The notes under the pieces: generated by a model | The model's input: the letters and a program-made list of their open reading frames with translations, nothing else | Told to the model about the DNA's origin: nothing | Database searches by the model: none | Translations under genes and position numbers: made by a program | Shown: one piece after another, positions 38,726 through 52,255 of the stretch | How the letters are laid out: every line of letters begins with the position of its first letter | How positions within the stretch are numbered: the stretch's first letter is position 1 | NCBI GenBank assembly: GCA_028534125.1 | Contig: CM052817.1 | Coordinates: 39,186,001-39,246,000, forward strand | DNA: 60,000 nt | Reading direction: 5' to 3' | Source: Lama glama | Lineage: Eukaryota

Positions 38726-41700
38726 AACTAATCACAAGCTGATTAAGAAAAGACCCAGGAAGCACACCATTAAAATCAGTGTAGGAGACCTCATCAGCTG
38801 CTGTTAGGAGTGCTTCCTGGTTCCTATGGCATGGTAATGACATCATATGTTCATTTAAGGTTATGAAGTTTCAGTGATACAATTATTTCCTAGCTGATTT
38901 ATTATTTTCCTAACAAGACTCTGGCTTCTCCTATCTTGGTTCTATTTCCTTTCAGGGATCTGTGTTGGTCTCTGTTGTCACCCACAATTTTCTGGCACTT
39001 TCTCTTCTATTGATGGAAACAGTTTCCTTGGGGCTTCTGACTGTCCCACAAGCCTGTGCCTCTGAGATCCTCATGAATACCCCTGGGCCATAGATCCCCT
39101 CCACGCAATAATCTCTGATCTGAACGAAGATGTGGGCCTTCAATCAAGTCTACCAGTGACTGAGGCATTTCACAGAACTACTTGAATATGGAGAGGGAAT
39201 GGTAATGTGATTATCTCGAATCTGGTCATTTGAGGAGATGGATCTATTTTCAATACCAGTTTTTATTCCATTCGAGCCCCTGATTAAATTGGAATTATTA
39301 ATAACCTGCCTGGTCCAACTGACTGAGAAAAGGGCAACTTAGAGTTGAAGGCAGCTCAGGGTATATTGAAAGCTTGTCTGGGTAAAACATATATGCATAC
39401 ACTTTTGATAGTCCTGTGGCATTTTCACGTGAGCCTGAAAATTAGAACTTTTTTTTTAAGGGAAGATAATAGTGGAAATAAATAGCCATGGTGCACAGAG
39501 AAATAACTGCAAGAGAAAGTATAAGGGAGAAAGAACACAGGAAGATTTCCACCTAGATTCTGAGGTGGCCCAAGTGGTGTGGCATGGATTTGACTCAGTC
39601 TCTCATAATGACAGGAAATGAGGTGATTAGGTATACAGAGCATATGGGGCAGAAAACCACTAGGGTAATTTCTTAGCAATGAAAGCAAGGAAGAGTAGAG
39701 TCAATATTCTGGGCAACCATAGACAGTAGATGCTCATTGTTTACTGTGAACTGTTGAGTTTGCTACTTCATCAATTCAGGCCATCTTCATGTCTATTGAG
39801 TTGGGTTTAAATCTCAAAACCCTAATTAAGACTCATTAATTAATAACGTATTTATAGAAAATCTCATGTGTGCTCCAGGCATCATTCTAGGTCACCAAGG
39901 CAGGCAAGTGATGCGGGACAGCCACCATGCAAATAAAGAATGAAAGTTCACATTTGTTACGTTCACTCTGTGCCTGCCTCGAATCTAGGACTTTACCCAA
40001 ATTAACCAGTGTGATTCTCCTCAAATCCTGTGATGTAACGAAATTATTATCCCAATTTTTGGAAGAGGAAACTGAGGCAGAGAGCCTTGCTTATTTATAG
40101 CTGTTAGGTTGGAGGACCAGGATTCTTATCCAGGCAACCTGACTCCGGCTCTGCATTCATGACGTCTGTGCTAATCTCACCATCTAACAAATAAACAGGA
40201 ACTGTGTCAAATGATGATACCCTCTCTGCAGAGAACTAAAATCAGATGGCGTGACAGAGAGCGGGTTGCGTGGTCAAGGAAGGCCCCTGATGGGCGACGT
40301 GAAAATTGAGCTCTGAATAACAAGATGCTGCTTAAGCATTGCAGGTTCTTTATCGTCTCCCTGATGAGCAGTAATTCTTCAAGATTGTTTTAAGACACAA
40401 ATGAGAAAAAAAGCAATGATGTTTTAAGATGTATTCTTACCTCTGTTTACCTAGAGATGAACAAAGAAGATGTGAAGGAGGCGGGGGAGACTTTCAACCA
40501 CTTTTCCAGCTCTTGGCTTCCTCAGCCATGTTGCCATCCAGCCAGGCCCACACACGACAGTCTGAGCAGCTGTCCTAGGTTTGCAGGTGGACTAGCTAGT
40601 AGGCGTCCCTCACAGAACCCCCAGGAGGAGAGCCGTGAAGCTACTCCCATTGGGTGGCTTCCTGAATGTCCTTATTCCCTCAGTTGTGTATGTGATTTCT
40701 GAGGTCCTAGCTTCAAACCTGAACCAGTTTGGGGTCCACCCTGCAGAAAAGAGGTGGGATGGAGTCACTTCCTCATTGGTGTATGGAGACTCCCTTCTCA
40801 TCTGTCTGCATAGCTCCCTTGGGTTCCTGCATGGACACTGGGTCTTCGAGTGTCAGGTACATTTTCTCTGGGTGCAATTTTAGGCCTCAATTTATGCTGA
40901 ACATTTCTAGCTAAGACTATCTCTGCCACTAATTTAGGCTGTTTATTGAGGTGAATTTCATGTATATATGAAATATGTAAAAAAATATATATAGTGAGAG
41001 TATGTTCTCACTACTATAAATATCTTAATGACTATGATTTTCATAAAGAACAATACTTAAAAATATTTTCACATCATTTCTGAATCTGAAGGGAAGTTAG
41101 AGGTGGGAAAATGAGGGGCAAGGATTCTAATGAGTCCTTAAGGATTGTCTACTAAACCCTTTTCTCCAAATGTTTAAAGTTTAGTTCAGTGAATACAGAG
41201 ACAGTGAATATTACTCTCTAAAGAAAACTCCTGTAAATGAGAAGGTTCATTACTCCCATGCATTCAGTTGCCATTTGGAAAACAATCTCTGATTATAAGC
41301 ACTGGATAATCAGTGCGATAATGCGTGAGGACTGATGTTGGAAATGAATCACAACTTAGAATTCTGTCAGTCAGGAAAAATCACATTAACATTTCATTAT
41401 ACATCAGACATGATAAAATTCTCTGTGACTTCAGCAGATATGACTGAAAGACCGCTTCTTCCATGAGGTCTTGGTGATACGATGTCTGTGGAAAAAATCT
41501 CCAAAAAGTTCCCTGTTGGGACTGTAATCTTATCTCATTCCATCTAGTCCCAAGGGCTTTCATTCTTTTTAACCCATAAATTTAAAATTAAAACGTGTAT
41601 GATTCAGCTTATTATAATGTCTTGCTCTGGGAGAATTAATATAATTTCTTTCTGCCTCCTTCTGGCATTATATTTTAATGTTAAGAAATCTTAAATAGTT

Positions 41701-42315
41701 TTCTATTGTATATACATAAAAACTCTTTAATATACTGAATTACACACTCATTTTAAATATCAAACAGTTGTAGAATTAATCCCAAACCTATTTTACATGG
41801 TAATAGACCACATGCTTTTAATCACTGCATCTCTTTTAATCAGTGCATAGGCTCCATGAATAATTATATATTGTAGCTACACAGGAGAAATATATAGTAT
41901 TTTCAATTTACTGGTTGTCTAGGATACCTGTTTGACTTAATTATTAATAAAATATTGCAATGAAATTTAACATCTTTAGATACATTTAACCAGTATACTT
42001 ATTCAAAAGACTTGATCCTCTTTGAATCTTTCTTTTATTTAATAATAAAAATAGATGGCATTTAGTGGGACCAAGTTGTTTAAATGCTGTCTTAAATAGT
42101 TTCTGAAATATACGTAAACAGTTTCTGCTTAATAACTAATTAGTTCATGCCGAGGACGCTTTATGCTAATTCAATTAAGTGATCATCTCTCAACTTACAT
42201 ATGTAGATCTATGATTCAAAATTGGATGGGGGAGCAACTTGACATCATCCAGCAATGTTGAAGACATGCATAGCCTACAGCTTCACAAATTCATTTCCAG
42301 ATTTATAGCCTAGAG

Positions 42316-43722
42316 AAGCAATGTACAAACTTTCCAGTCTCAGAAGCCCCTTACACTCTTAAAAATTATTGAGAACCCAAAATAGCTCTTGCTTATTATG
42401 TGAGTTACATCTACCATATTAGAATTTAAAGCTGAGGATTTAAAAGACAGATTAATTAATTAATTTAGAAACAAATCTATTACATAGTAATATAAATAAC
42501 ATTTTAAAATAACCGTGTTTGCTAGAACCCAAACACAGAAGAATAGAGTGACATTTCTAAAAATTTTTTTACGCATCTCTTTCTGATATGGCATAATGGA
42601 AGATAGCTGGATTCTCAGGTCCACGTCTACATTAAGTCTGCTGCAATATGTTGTTTTATTAATGCCTGTGAAGAAAATCTAGCTTCCCGCCGATGTGTAG
42701 TTAGAGAAGAAAGTATTATTTTAATAGCTGATAATTATGGATTTTTTTTGATGTCACATCAAAACTCAACATGCATTAATTTCTTAAAGATTAGTGGCAA
42801 TGTGAAATTTGAAATCATATTAGTAAACATTTTGCATTTGATTGCATTCCAGTGCATTAGCCTGTCTCAGACCTTCAGGGCCTCTTTAATCCACACGTAA
42901 TTTTATAACATCATGTACTAGTCATTTGGAAGATACTGGTTCCCTGAGTTACATAGATATTCCAAATATTAATACATTTATTATACAATAAGATTAAAGT
43001 CCCACAGATCTTATCAGAAAAGTCTTAAGCTATTGGGAAGCTCATGGTGGCAGATACAAATTCTCCAAAATGTTGAATTTCATTTGAAACTTCAAGTTTT
43101 AGTATGGGGAACAAACACTGTTAGTTGTTTTCCTCAGAGTCACAAACTCAGTTTGTTCAGATATTTGCGTTGGCCAAATACCTGACTCCGAATTAGTCAT
43201 TTTTTCAAGTGAAATGATGTTCCGTGGAAAGAGCGCAGGTCTGGTTCTCATGTCAAACAATCACGGAAGTGCTTTTTGTATAGATAAATATCCTACTTCA
43301 TTTGCAGCAGAAATACTTCATGCTTCTTTACATTTCATCACACAGAATATTGAAAAGATGGGTACTCAAGAGTTGAGATCTAATACATTAATAAATAAAA
43401 TTAATAATTGAAAAATAAAATTAATAAATTTATAAAATCAAAGTTTCATCAAGACATTTTAAAAAGAAGCTGGCATTAAAAAAATCCCACATTGCATGGT
43501 GTAAAGAATATTGTGACAACTAGTAGTGACAACATCCTTGTCACTGTCCTTGCCTTGATTCAGGCTCAGCTGTGTTACCCACCATTGCTTTTGTACCTTC
43601 AGTACAAATGTCAACACTGTGACAAAGGCATTAATATCTTCGTGTTATCACGAAAATAATTTTGACCTCATGAACTCTTGGGGACTCCCAGAGGTCTGTG
43701 GATCACATTTTGAGAACTACTG
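42316..43722 (+). mobile_element. Charlie1a-like hAT DNA transposon (1407 bp) inserted in an old L1
   Basis: CCCCTTACACTCTTAAAAATTATTGAGAACCC start and CACATTTTGAGAACTACTG end. 8-bp TSD GCCTAGAG (42308-42315) and CCCTAGAG (43723-43730). Confidence 0.8.
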
Positions 43723-44032
43723 CCCTAGAGAAACTCTTGTACGTGTATAAAAGGAGATGTAAACATGATAGTCACTGCAGTATTATGTAATAGCCAAGGA
43801 AAAGAGAAAATGATCAAAATAGTCATTGACAGGAGAATGAATGAATCTATGGGAATGAATGAATGAATGAAAATATATATATACAGAGACAGAGAGAGGA
43901 GGGAGAGAGAATGTGGTACCATGTTAACAATTTGGTAATCTGGATGAAGGAATTTGGGAATTCCTTTGTGCAGTTCTTGCACATTTTCTATAAGTTTGAA
44001 GTATTGCACAGTAAAAAAGATATAAATTGAAA
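43723..44032 (+). mobile_element. Old L1 (L1ME/L1MC-like) 3' fragments
   Basis: CCCTAGAGAAACTCTTGTACGTGT continues L1 sequence begun at ~42220-42315. ATGTTAACAATTTGGTAATCTGGATGAAGG...TTCTATAAGTTTGAAGTATT is an L1M-type 3' end. Confidence 0.65.
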
Positions 44033-44744
44033 AATAAGCCCAAGCAATCTAGGGATGTGTATCTCATAGCAACACAGGGAAGAGGGCCTGTTGCAGTTGG
44101 CAGATCTGCATCATTTGTGTGGTTCTCAGCATTAATGAACACAGAATGAAGTATCTACAGCAGCGGAGGTACAATTCATAAGATTGAACTTTGAAGGGCA
44201 AATGTTAAAAAATTGCCATCTCAGATACTGAGGATACACTTCAGTTCATATAGCCTAGACACATGGAGGTGGTCAGCCTAACAGGGACTTTTAGGGATGT
44301 CAGTGTGAATCAGCAGAGAGGACACAATGAAAATAATGGCAAAAGAAAAATAACAGTATGTAAAAATTTCACAGCCCAAAGGACTCCACATTTCAGGAAC
44401 AGATTCATTAAGTGAGACTAGGAACCATTTTGTGGCTATATGAATATGATATTTGCAGCCATGACTTGCAACTCTGCTTAGATTTAAATTTACTGTTTAG
44501 TGAATTGTTCATCATTTGTTTCTAGGTATGATTTCATTCTAGGTATCATTCTCAATTTGAAACTTTTTGATACATTTATTCAATTGTGTGCTAAAATATG
44601 CCCATCAAATATCACTATCTGGCCAACATGAACTCAACCAACATTTGTATTCAAGACCCTAGATCAAAAGAGTGGACAGACCAAATAAACAACATCCATG
44701 ACAGAATATTGCCTGGCTATGGCCTAGTTTCTCTGATTGTATTT

Positions 44745-45310
44745 ACTAGATATATTTCTGATGCCTGCTTTCCCCCTTCTCATGGAGGCAGCTCCCCCCT
44801 CCACCCAACCTGTGGACTCAATACGTGGAGTAGCAGAGGGGATAGTGGTTTGTACCGTGTGATCTCTCCCACGTGGACTGGGGCTGGGCACCTGACCTCC
44901 CAATCTATAATTTCACAATCTGCAGGCAGTAAGCTGTGCTGATCAGATATTGAAATCTCCCTCTCTCTGCACCAATTTGAACTGAACAGGAAAGATACTA
45001 AGATTTGAACCAAGTGGTGAATTCAGAGATGATGTGAGACAAAGCCCATAGTGTTTTATGTGTAAATCAAAGCTGTAAAGGAATGGAGACTATCAGAAGA
45101 CAGAAGAACTCAGGTGGCAAAAAAACAGAGAATAGATCGGATGTGCAGAGAAAAACTGAGACATCATGAAATGGGAAGAAATCGTGTGGTCCTTGAAAAA
45201 GCCTCTAGGAAACAGCCTGTCTCCAGAGCTGTCCACATTGCTGATGATTTCTGAGCCTGCTCCAGTTTCAATTCCTTACTGTGTGGGTTTCTGTCTGTAC
45301 AATCAGATAA
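44745..45310 (+). mobile_element. LTR16-like ERVL LTR remnant
   Basis: GGGGCTGGGCACCTGACCTCCCAATC...GTGGGTTTCTGTCTGTACAATC; weak resemblance only. Confidence 0.35.
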
Positions 45311-46190
45311 GTCTAACGGTGTACCACTGGCCCCAAACAGACTATTGGGTTAAGTTGTGGTTTGAAATTTATATATAAACAACAGTGTATTACTTACATT
45401 CATATATTGTTTAAAGAGCATATGCGCCTCTGATATTTGTATGTTTAAAATAGCAAAATCTTAAAAAAAAAAACAACCCAGCTTTTAAAATAGAAATATA
45501 GAGTGAAGTGATGATTAGGAGAGATGTGGACCCTCTTACTTTAAAAAGAGACACCAAAAAGGAAGTGGCTGTTTATCTAGTTTCTGGGAAAATAACTAAA
45601 TCCTGGGTTTTGTTTGTTCAGCTGAATGATTAGAGCAGAGCTCGCTACTGCAGTTGGACCAGGGACTGTCTTCTCAGTCCACTGTAGTCGCTCCACTCCA
45701 GATGCTGTCTTGAACCTCGCAGGAGCTTTAGGCTGGAAAGAGCTTTCCCTTCTTTACAAACAAATTAAACCTGTATTTCAGGTAAAAATGCTCCCAGTAA
45801 CACTACTGGCAGCCATGTTTTACCTCTAGGCGTTTGAAAGTAGTAACTTCAAACCTGAAATACAGTCTGAAAAGAAAATTGATTTATACAGTGTCACGAT
45901 TAGTAAGCAATTTCTGTAAATTTTTCTCCAACCCTCTCATCATTGCTTATATAACACAACAGTGAACACTTACATGCTAAACACATTCCCTCTTAACTGA
46001 TTCAATCTTCCAACAACGCTCTGAGATAGATACTGCTGTTTCCCCTACTTTACAGATGAACGGTAGCTTCCCAAGGCCAGAGTGCTTTTGGGGGTGAGAC
46101 AGGGACTGAACCCAGGCAGCTGGACTTGCTGCTACCGTCTCTAAAGTACACTGTCCTTTATTAACAGATTTATTTGATCCATTCAGTTAC

Positions 46191-46497
46191 TTTTTTTTTT
46201 TTGGCATTCACTTTTTTTACATTGAAGTTTAGTTGATTTACAATGTGTTAATTTCCGGTGTACAGCCTAGTGCTTCAGTCATACACACACATATATATCC
46301 CTTTTAATATGCTTTTTCATTATAGGCTGTTACAAGATATTAAATATAGTTCCCTGTGCTATACATTTAATAAGACCATGTTTTTTTATTTTATATATGG
46401 TAGTTAATATCTGCAAGTTTGCAGCTCCCAGTTTATCCTTCCCTCTCCTGCTTTAAGTTTGTTCTCTATGTCTATGAGTCTGTCTCTGTTTGTAAAC
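46191..46497 (-). mobile_element. Short L1 3'UTR, same subfamily as the 17926-19068 element
   Basis: T-rich tail, then ATTGAAGTTTAGTTGATTTACAATG...TACAAGATATTAAATATAGTTCCCTGTGCTATACA, closely matching 17950-18100. Confidence 0.85.
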
Positions 46498-47102
46498 ATC
46501 AAGTATTTAACATTTTTGATAGTTCATTTCCTCCTGTTCTTCCACATTCACGTTGTTCTTAAATGTTGCTACCAAAGAATCTCCATTGTGGTGGTTACTT
46601 TGTAGACCCCTAAACAGGTAACTACTTAATAAATTATTCTCTCCTAATGAAACAAAATTAAGAATCAAGAAAAAATTATAAATAGTTATTTTTTATTTGA
46701 CAACTCTTCTGGATTTACAAGGAAAGGCCAAAATTTACCTAACATTGGAAACATGAGATTTTTATGTTACAGACCCATGAGACAGCGTCCAGTCCTTCGT
46801 CCGGGAGTTGAGAGTCTTCCCCTCTCACCTGTGAACTCTTGCTACGTGTCTCCCAAGACCTCTTATCTCTTCTCAGTTTCCCACACTGCAAAGCAACAAT
46901 AATACTAGGATTTAACTACTACCTGTCTCCACGATAAATTATATAGCTCCATGTCGAGGAACCTTTCTTTTTTCCGTATATGAGGCTCTGCGCAAAAATA
47001 TTTATCAAGAGTTATTAATGATAATCTCTTGGCACATTTAAGAGAGAGTAACAAAATAACAATATTGTGATCCATTGAATGCATAGTATGTTCCGGTCAT
47101 TG

Positions 47103-47726
47103 TGTTAGAGCAGGCAGGTAGCTAGATATGAGCAGAGAAAGGGGGACATGGGCCAAATGGCAGAAAACCATACATTTTGTAAACAGTGGGGGTCCTGGGA
47201 CAGACCAAGAAAAACAGGAACCTCCGGACTGGTAAGAAACCATACATTGTGGGTTGATGAGTGTCCTGGAGGCAAAGAATGGTGGGATGAGACAGGAATC
47301 TCCACCATCCAAATGTAACCTTTTGCTTATTATGACCTCCGTCCGAATGTAACCTTTTGCTTATGATACCTCTATCTGAATGTAACCTTTTGTTCATTAT
47401 GACTTCACCCAACTTCCCAATCAAGACCAAATAAGGACAAAAAAATTCCCTCCTCCCCATCTGGGAGGGTAGAGCTGGGATGAAGATCAGGAAAGACAAG
47501 CCCAAACCCATCCCTGCCAATGAATATTCTGCCCATTCATTTTTACGTCCATATAACCAGCTTGCTAAAGAAACTCAGGGCACTTGAGTTTACCCACTTG
47601 AGTCTGCCTGCTCTTTCCTTGAGAGTGTACCTTCTATCCCTTAATAAATCCTTGCTTTGCTTTCTTGACCTCCATGTCTCGTTTCTGAATTCTTTCTGGG
47701 ATGAGACAAGAACCTACTTGCTGACA
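47103..47726 (+). mobile_element. ERV1-class solo LTR (MER41/MER50-like), inserted in a MIR
   Basis: TGTTAGAG...CTGACA termini; 4-bp TSD ATTG/ACTG; CCAAT at 47517, TATAA at 47552, AATAAA at 47643; three ~33-bp U3 tandem repeats. The flanks rejoin into MIR TATGTTCCGGTC-ACTG-TGCTAAGTGCTTT. Confidence 0.85.
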
Positions 47727-47899
47727 ACTGTGCTAAGTGCTTTGACTACCTTATGTCATCGAGTCTTTGCAACACCTCTGTAATGCAGGCATAGCTATCC
47801 TCATTTCACAGATAAGGAAACTGATGCTCTGTAAGTATCAATGTCAGGATTCCAAATCCTGTGATCTTCATCATACAGACTATTATTTCTTTCTCCCAC

Positions 47900-49535
47900 T
47901 GTCCTTGGTTTTATGTTTTCATCTGGAATTGTTTTCCTTCAACCTAAAATGTTCCTTTAATATTTCTGATAGTTTAAGAGCAGTTAAAATTCTTGTAGTT
48001 CAAATTCTCTCCCACTTGTCTTTTGCTTATTGTTCAAAATGACTGGATTTTGCTTTCAGTTTTGTAGTGCATTCTGCTGGATATAGAATTCTTAGGTTGA
48101 CAGCTCTCTTTTTTCTTTTTCCAGAACATTAATAATGCCATGATCTTCTGGCTTGTGTTGTTCCTGAGCTGTCTGTGATCACTCTTACCTTTGTTTCCTT
48201 GCACAGAGCATGGCTTGAACTTTATTTCTCTTTATTATTTTGTTATGAAGTTCTTCAGTGTGGCTTTCTTTGTGGTTATCCTGCTTAGAAGTCATTGAAA
48301 TTTTGAATCCATGGGGGTTTGTTGCTTTCATCTAATTTGGGAAAAATTGCCTCTTATTTCTTCAAAAAATTTTTCCCCTAATCATTTCCCCCCTCTCCTT
48401 CTAGGGCTCCAGCTGTATGTCTGGCTGCTTTACATCATCTCTGAGGTTCAGTCTCTTTTCCTGCTGAGCTTTAGTTTGGGTAATTTAAATTCCTCTGTCT
48501 ACAAGTTCATTGACATTTTCTTCTCCTGTGCCTAAATTTCTATTAATGTCACATCATGCATTTTTATTATACAAAATAATTTCTCATTTCATGCGTAGAA
48601 GTTTCTCTCCTCATCGTGTTCAATTGTTCCTTGGATCATATTTATTTATCATATCTGCTAAATTTTCTTTGTCTCTGATTCCATCCACTTCTGATTTCAT
48701 GTTTATTGACTGACATTTCTCCCAGTTTTAGATTCCATGTTCCTGCTTCTGAGGCCGTGTCTAGTAATTTCTGACTGAGGGTTGAAGAGCATGGATTTGA
48801 CATTGTTGAGTGTCTGGTTTTATTATCTTCTTTTAAAGGGTACTGGGCTTCACTCTGGTGGGCAGTTAAGTCACTTGCTGTTCTGTTTGGCCCTTTTGAC
48901 GGTTGTTTGAAGTTTTGATAGGGCAGACCTACGGTAGCTTATGCCGTGGGGCTGGTTTGGTCCTGCTACTAAGGTGTGGCGCTTCTGGGTATGTACTGAA
49001 CGCCCCGGATGTTCAGTGAGGGCGTTCCACTCTGGCTTGTCAGAACCGTGTCACCTCCCAGGTCTGAATGAGCTCTGGCAGTTGTCTGGTTGCTGACAGC
49101 ACCTGGTAGTTGTCCATCTGACTTCACGGGGTTTCATCCTGCACACGTATTACTCAATGTTCAGCACCATCCTTCAGAGGACGCTTATATGCATTTCTAA
49201 AACTTTTTTCCTGAATAAATCCCTCTTTTCTAGTGCTCTGCCTCACAAATGCTAGCTGCCTCAGCCTCCTGGAACTCTAGGGTCTGTCTTTTCAACTCAA
49301 AGAGGTCATGACGGTCTTCTCATCTTCCTCCGCCCGAAAAGTGCCTTCAGGAGGAAGTCCAGGGTAATTGCAGGACTCGGTCGATTTACTCCCTTCTTCT
49401 CAACATCACAGTCAGATGCTGACAGTTGTCAATACCTAAAACATATATTTTATCTTGTTCATGTATGCTGTCATATTCTATCATTGTTTATAACAGGAGG
49501 GAAAATTCAGTCCTAGTTACTCCAACATGATCAGA
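47900..49535 (-). mobile_element. Old L1ME-like LINE fragment
   Basis: T-rich antisense L1 motifs (TGCTGGATATAGAATTCTTAGGTTGACAG; GTCTAGTAATTTCTGACTG; CTAGTTACTCCAACATGATCAGA). Confidence 0.65.
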
Positions 49536-49549
49536 GGGTTCTTTTTAAG

Positions 49550-49551
<2 letters not shown>

Positions 49552-49595
<44 letters not shown>
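49552..49595. repeat. (AC)n microsatellite, about 22 units
   Basis: Directly visible. Confidence 0.95.
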
Positions 49596-49597
<2 letters not shown>

Positions 49598-50929
49598 ATC
49601 TCTTTAGGAATAAATCCACTGAGAAAAATAAGTTACTTAAGTAAATGTGTATTTTGTGATTAAAGAGAATATGCAAACAAAAATGAGATGTATCAAATCT
49701 TTTCATTATTAATAAATAATAATGGTTGAAGTAAAAACAAACTCTCCTAAGAGCAGAATTTGTCAGGAATCAGAACTGTTTTAGGCATCAACCTATTTTT
49801 CCTTGGGTTGTAAATCATTCTGTTTCCAAGGAAGAAGAAAAGCCATCTAAATTCTTTTACATACTAGCAACTTGACATTCCTGCCCATGGGAATCTGATG
49901 ATAGCTGGGTTTAACAGTGTGAGAAAAATTCTCTTCTTTGGGCATTCTGTTGGAACAGGAAAAATCAGTTTTGGCTTTGTTTTGTTTTTCCACATAGAAT
50001 GAGGGTTCAGGATTTTATTTATTTATTCAAGTTTTATTTGTCACTGGCTAGACCTTGGGGGGCATGGTCAGGTGGGAGTTGAGCTACCATATTTAAAAAA
50101 TACAAAAGTAATAACAAAGGAGCCTATTTTTGAAATTTCAAGCTGAAAAACACTTATCTTCCAACCCGATAGCTGTAATTTTAATTTCACCACAACAGGT
50201 CCCTGACTTCTTTTTTCCTAAAGAATTACTGATTTCAACAGATAGCGGTCTCTTGTCCTAAGCTCCCTCCTGGAATGGGAAGGGGAACACACCTTTTTTC
50301 GCTCGTTCTCATTTGTGTAATCCATCCATTTAAAGGAATCAAACAATTTTCTGTCTTTCTGGCATGAAGATGGAGCTGCTGGCTTTTCGTCATTAGGATG
50401 TGCTGTTGGGACTGTTTTCCTGGGCTTGGAGTGGGTTTGTGCTTGCTCCTACACACGCGCGTGCACACACACGCACACATACACACACGCATACACAGTT
50501 TTCTGGAGTTCCTGGAGGCCGATGGCATATGTTTGGGACACCTCTGGTGTCTGGCAGAAAATCTTGGAGGCCATCTCAGAATTCTACCAAATTTGCATAC
50601 CAAAATGGACAATAGGATCTCATTTTTCCAAAATATTTTATTCATCTGTTTATGTGTGTGTGTCTGTATCCATGAAAAAAAGATTTTATAAGGCACATTA
50701 CCAAAGTGTTAACAATTATTATCACTGGACAGGTGAGAGAGTAAATGTTTATTTTCATCTTCTTTCTTGTCTGTATTTGCTAACATTTCTATATAGGTGC
50801 ATATTTAAAAAAGAGAGTCATTTAAAAAAGATTTAAGTAGTAACATTAAACTGATAACTCTACATGATAAAGCACAAACAGAAAAAAATGCTGATGGTAT
50901 TTCTTAAGTTATTGACTTTCTTACGAGTT

Positions 50930-51300
50930 GCATTAACTTGACTTAATGTTTATTTAAGGCGGAGGCACTTAATGCAGGGGTAAATGTACAGCACTTTTCT
51001 CTGCTTGCTTTGAGAATACCAAAAATGGAAAGGTAGGGAAATTGATGGGGGCACTCGTTACGGAGCTCATAGGGAGTGTGCGTCCTCCTAGCGCGTTACT
51101 CATTAAAAAAAAGCACAGAAGATTCATGACATTGCTCCTGACAGCACTGAAATTCGTTTTAATGGGGGTATGACCTAAAACAAACCTTTGATACCTGATC
51201 AAGATGATGGGCTGTTTATTTATTTCTTCTCCTTCATTTCCAGCAGCAGAGATGATTAATGTACCTACCTTTGTCGTGATGGCCTCTGTGGACAAGGTGC
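50930..51300. promoter_or_regulatory. Candidate enhancer block
   Basis: Repeat-free with retained CpGs; TCF/LEF site CCTTTGAT (51185), FOX-type TGTTTAT (51213), several TAAT/ATTA cores. Confidence 0.3.
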
Positions 51301-51619
51301 GTCCTTGAAGGACATTCAATGTTTTAAAGTGCTGATCCATCTCATTTCTTCCTTCGAGGCTGTCTGAGGCAGAACACCAATGGGAACCCACAAGGATCAC
51401 CTCCAACCTGTGTGGAAGGAAAATTTTCACATTGGGAGGCTTAGAGAGTCATTGCTCAAATCTCAGGTAAGAAATGTTTCAGGTGATCTCAGAAGCTGAT
51501 TCACTGATATAAGCCATGTCCAGGTAAAATGGTGCCCTGCAGTGGTGGGCGGCTGCCTGATGTGTGGAGGCCTCGCACAAAGATAAGGTAAGACAAATAG
51601 CAATTGAGTTGTTTGCATT

Positions 51620-52255
51620 GTTATTATTATTTATTATTGTGATGAAACACACCTAACATGAAATTTACCATCTTAACCATTTTTGAGTATACATTTCAAT
51701 AATGTTAAGTATTTTCACATTGTTGTGTGACCAATCTCCAGAAATTTTCCACCTTGCAATACTGAAGCTTTATATCCATAAACAACAACTTCCCATTTCT
51801 CCCTCCCCCAGCCCCTGGCAGCCATCTTTCTACTTTCTGTTTCTAAGACTTTGACTTCTCTGTCTAACTCATATCGGTGGACTCCTCCATTGACTTTTGG
51901 TGACTGGCTCATTTCACTTAGGATGATGTCCTCAAGGTTCATGCATTTTGTGGTATATGTCAGAATGTCCTTCCTTTTTAAGGCTGAACAATATTTCATT
52001 ATATGTGTATACTATGTTTTGTCTATCCATTCATACATTGATGGACACTTGGGTTGCTTCCATCTTTTGGCTATTGTGAATAATGCTGCTATGAACATGG
52101 GTGTGGAAATACCTCTTCCAGATTCCGCTTTCAGTTTTTTTGCGTATATACGCACAGGTGGGATTGTTGGAGTATATGGTAATTCTATTTTTATTTTTTT
52201 GAGGAACTGCCATACTATCCTCTATGGTGCCTGCAGCATTTTACATTCTCAACAA
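51620..52255 (-). mobile_element. L1MB-like LINE 3' end
   Basis: ACATGAAATTTACCATCTTAACCATTTTTGAG...CCCAGCCCCTGGCAGCC...GATGGACACTTGGGTTGCTTCCATCTTTTGGCTATTGTGAATAATGCTGC. Confidence 0.88.

Noticed and set aside
47305..47410. CRISPR-like short repeat array
   Set aside because: Tandem units without unique spacers, inside an LTR U3 region of a mammalian genome.
50235..51430. 136-153 aa ORFs
   Set aside because: They are partly (CA/TG)n-derived, have no recognisable domain or exon structure, and their lengths are compatible with chance.
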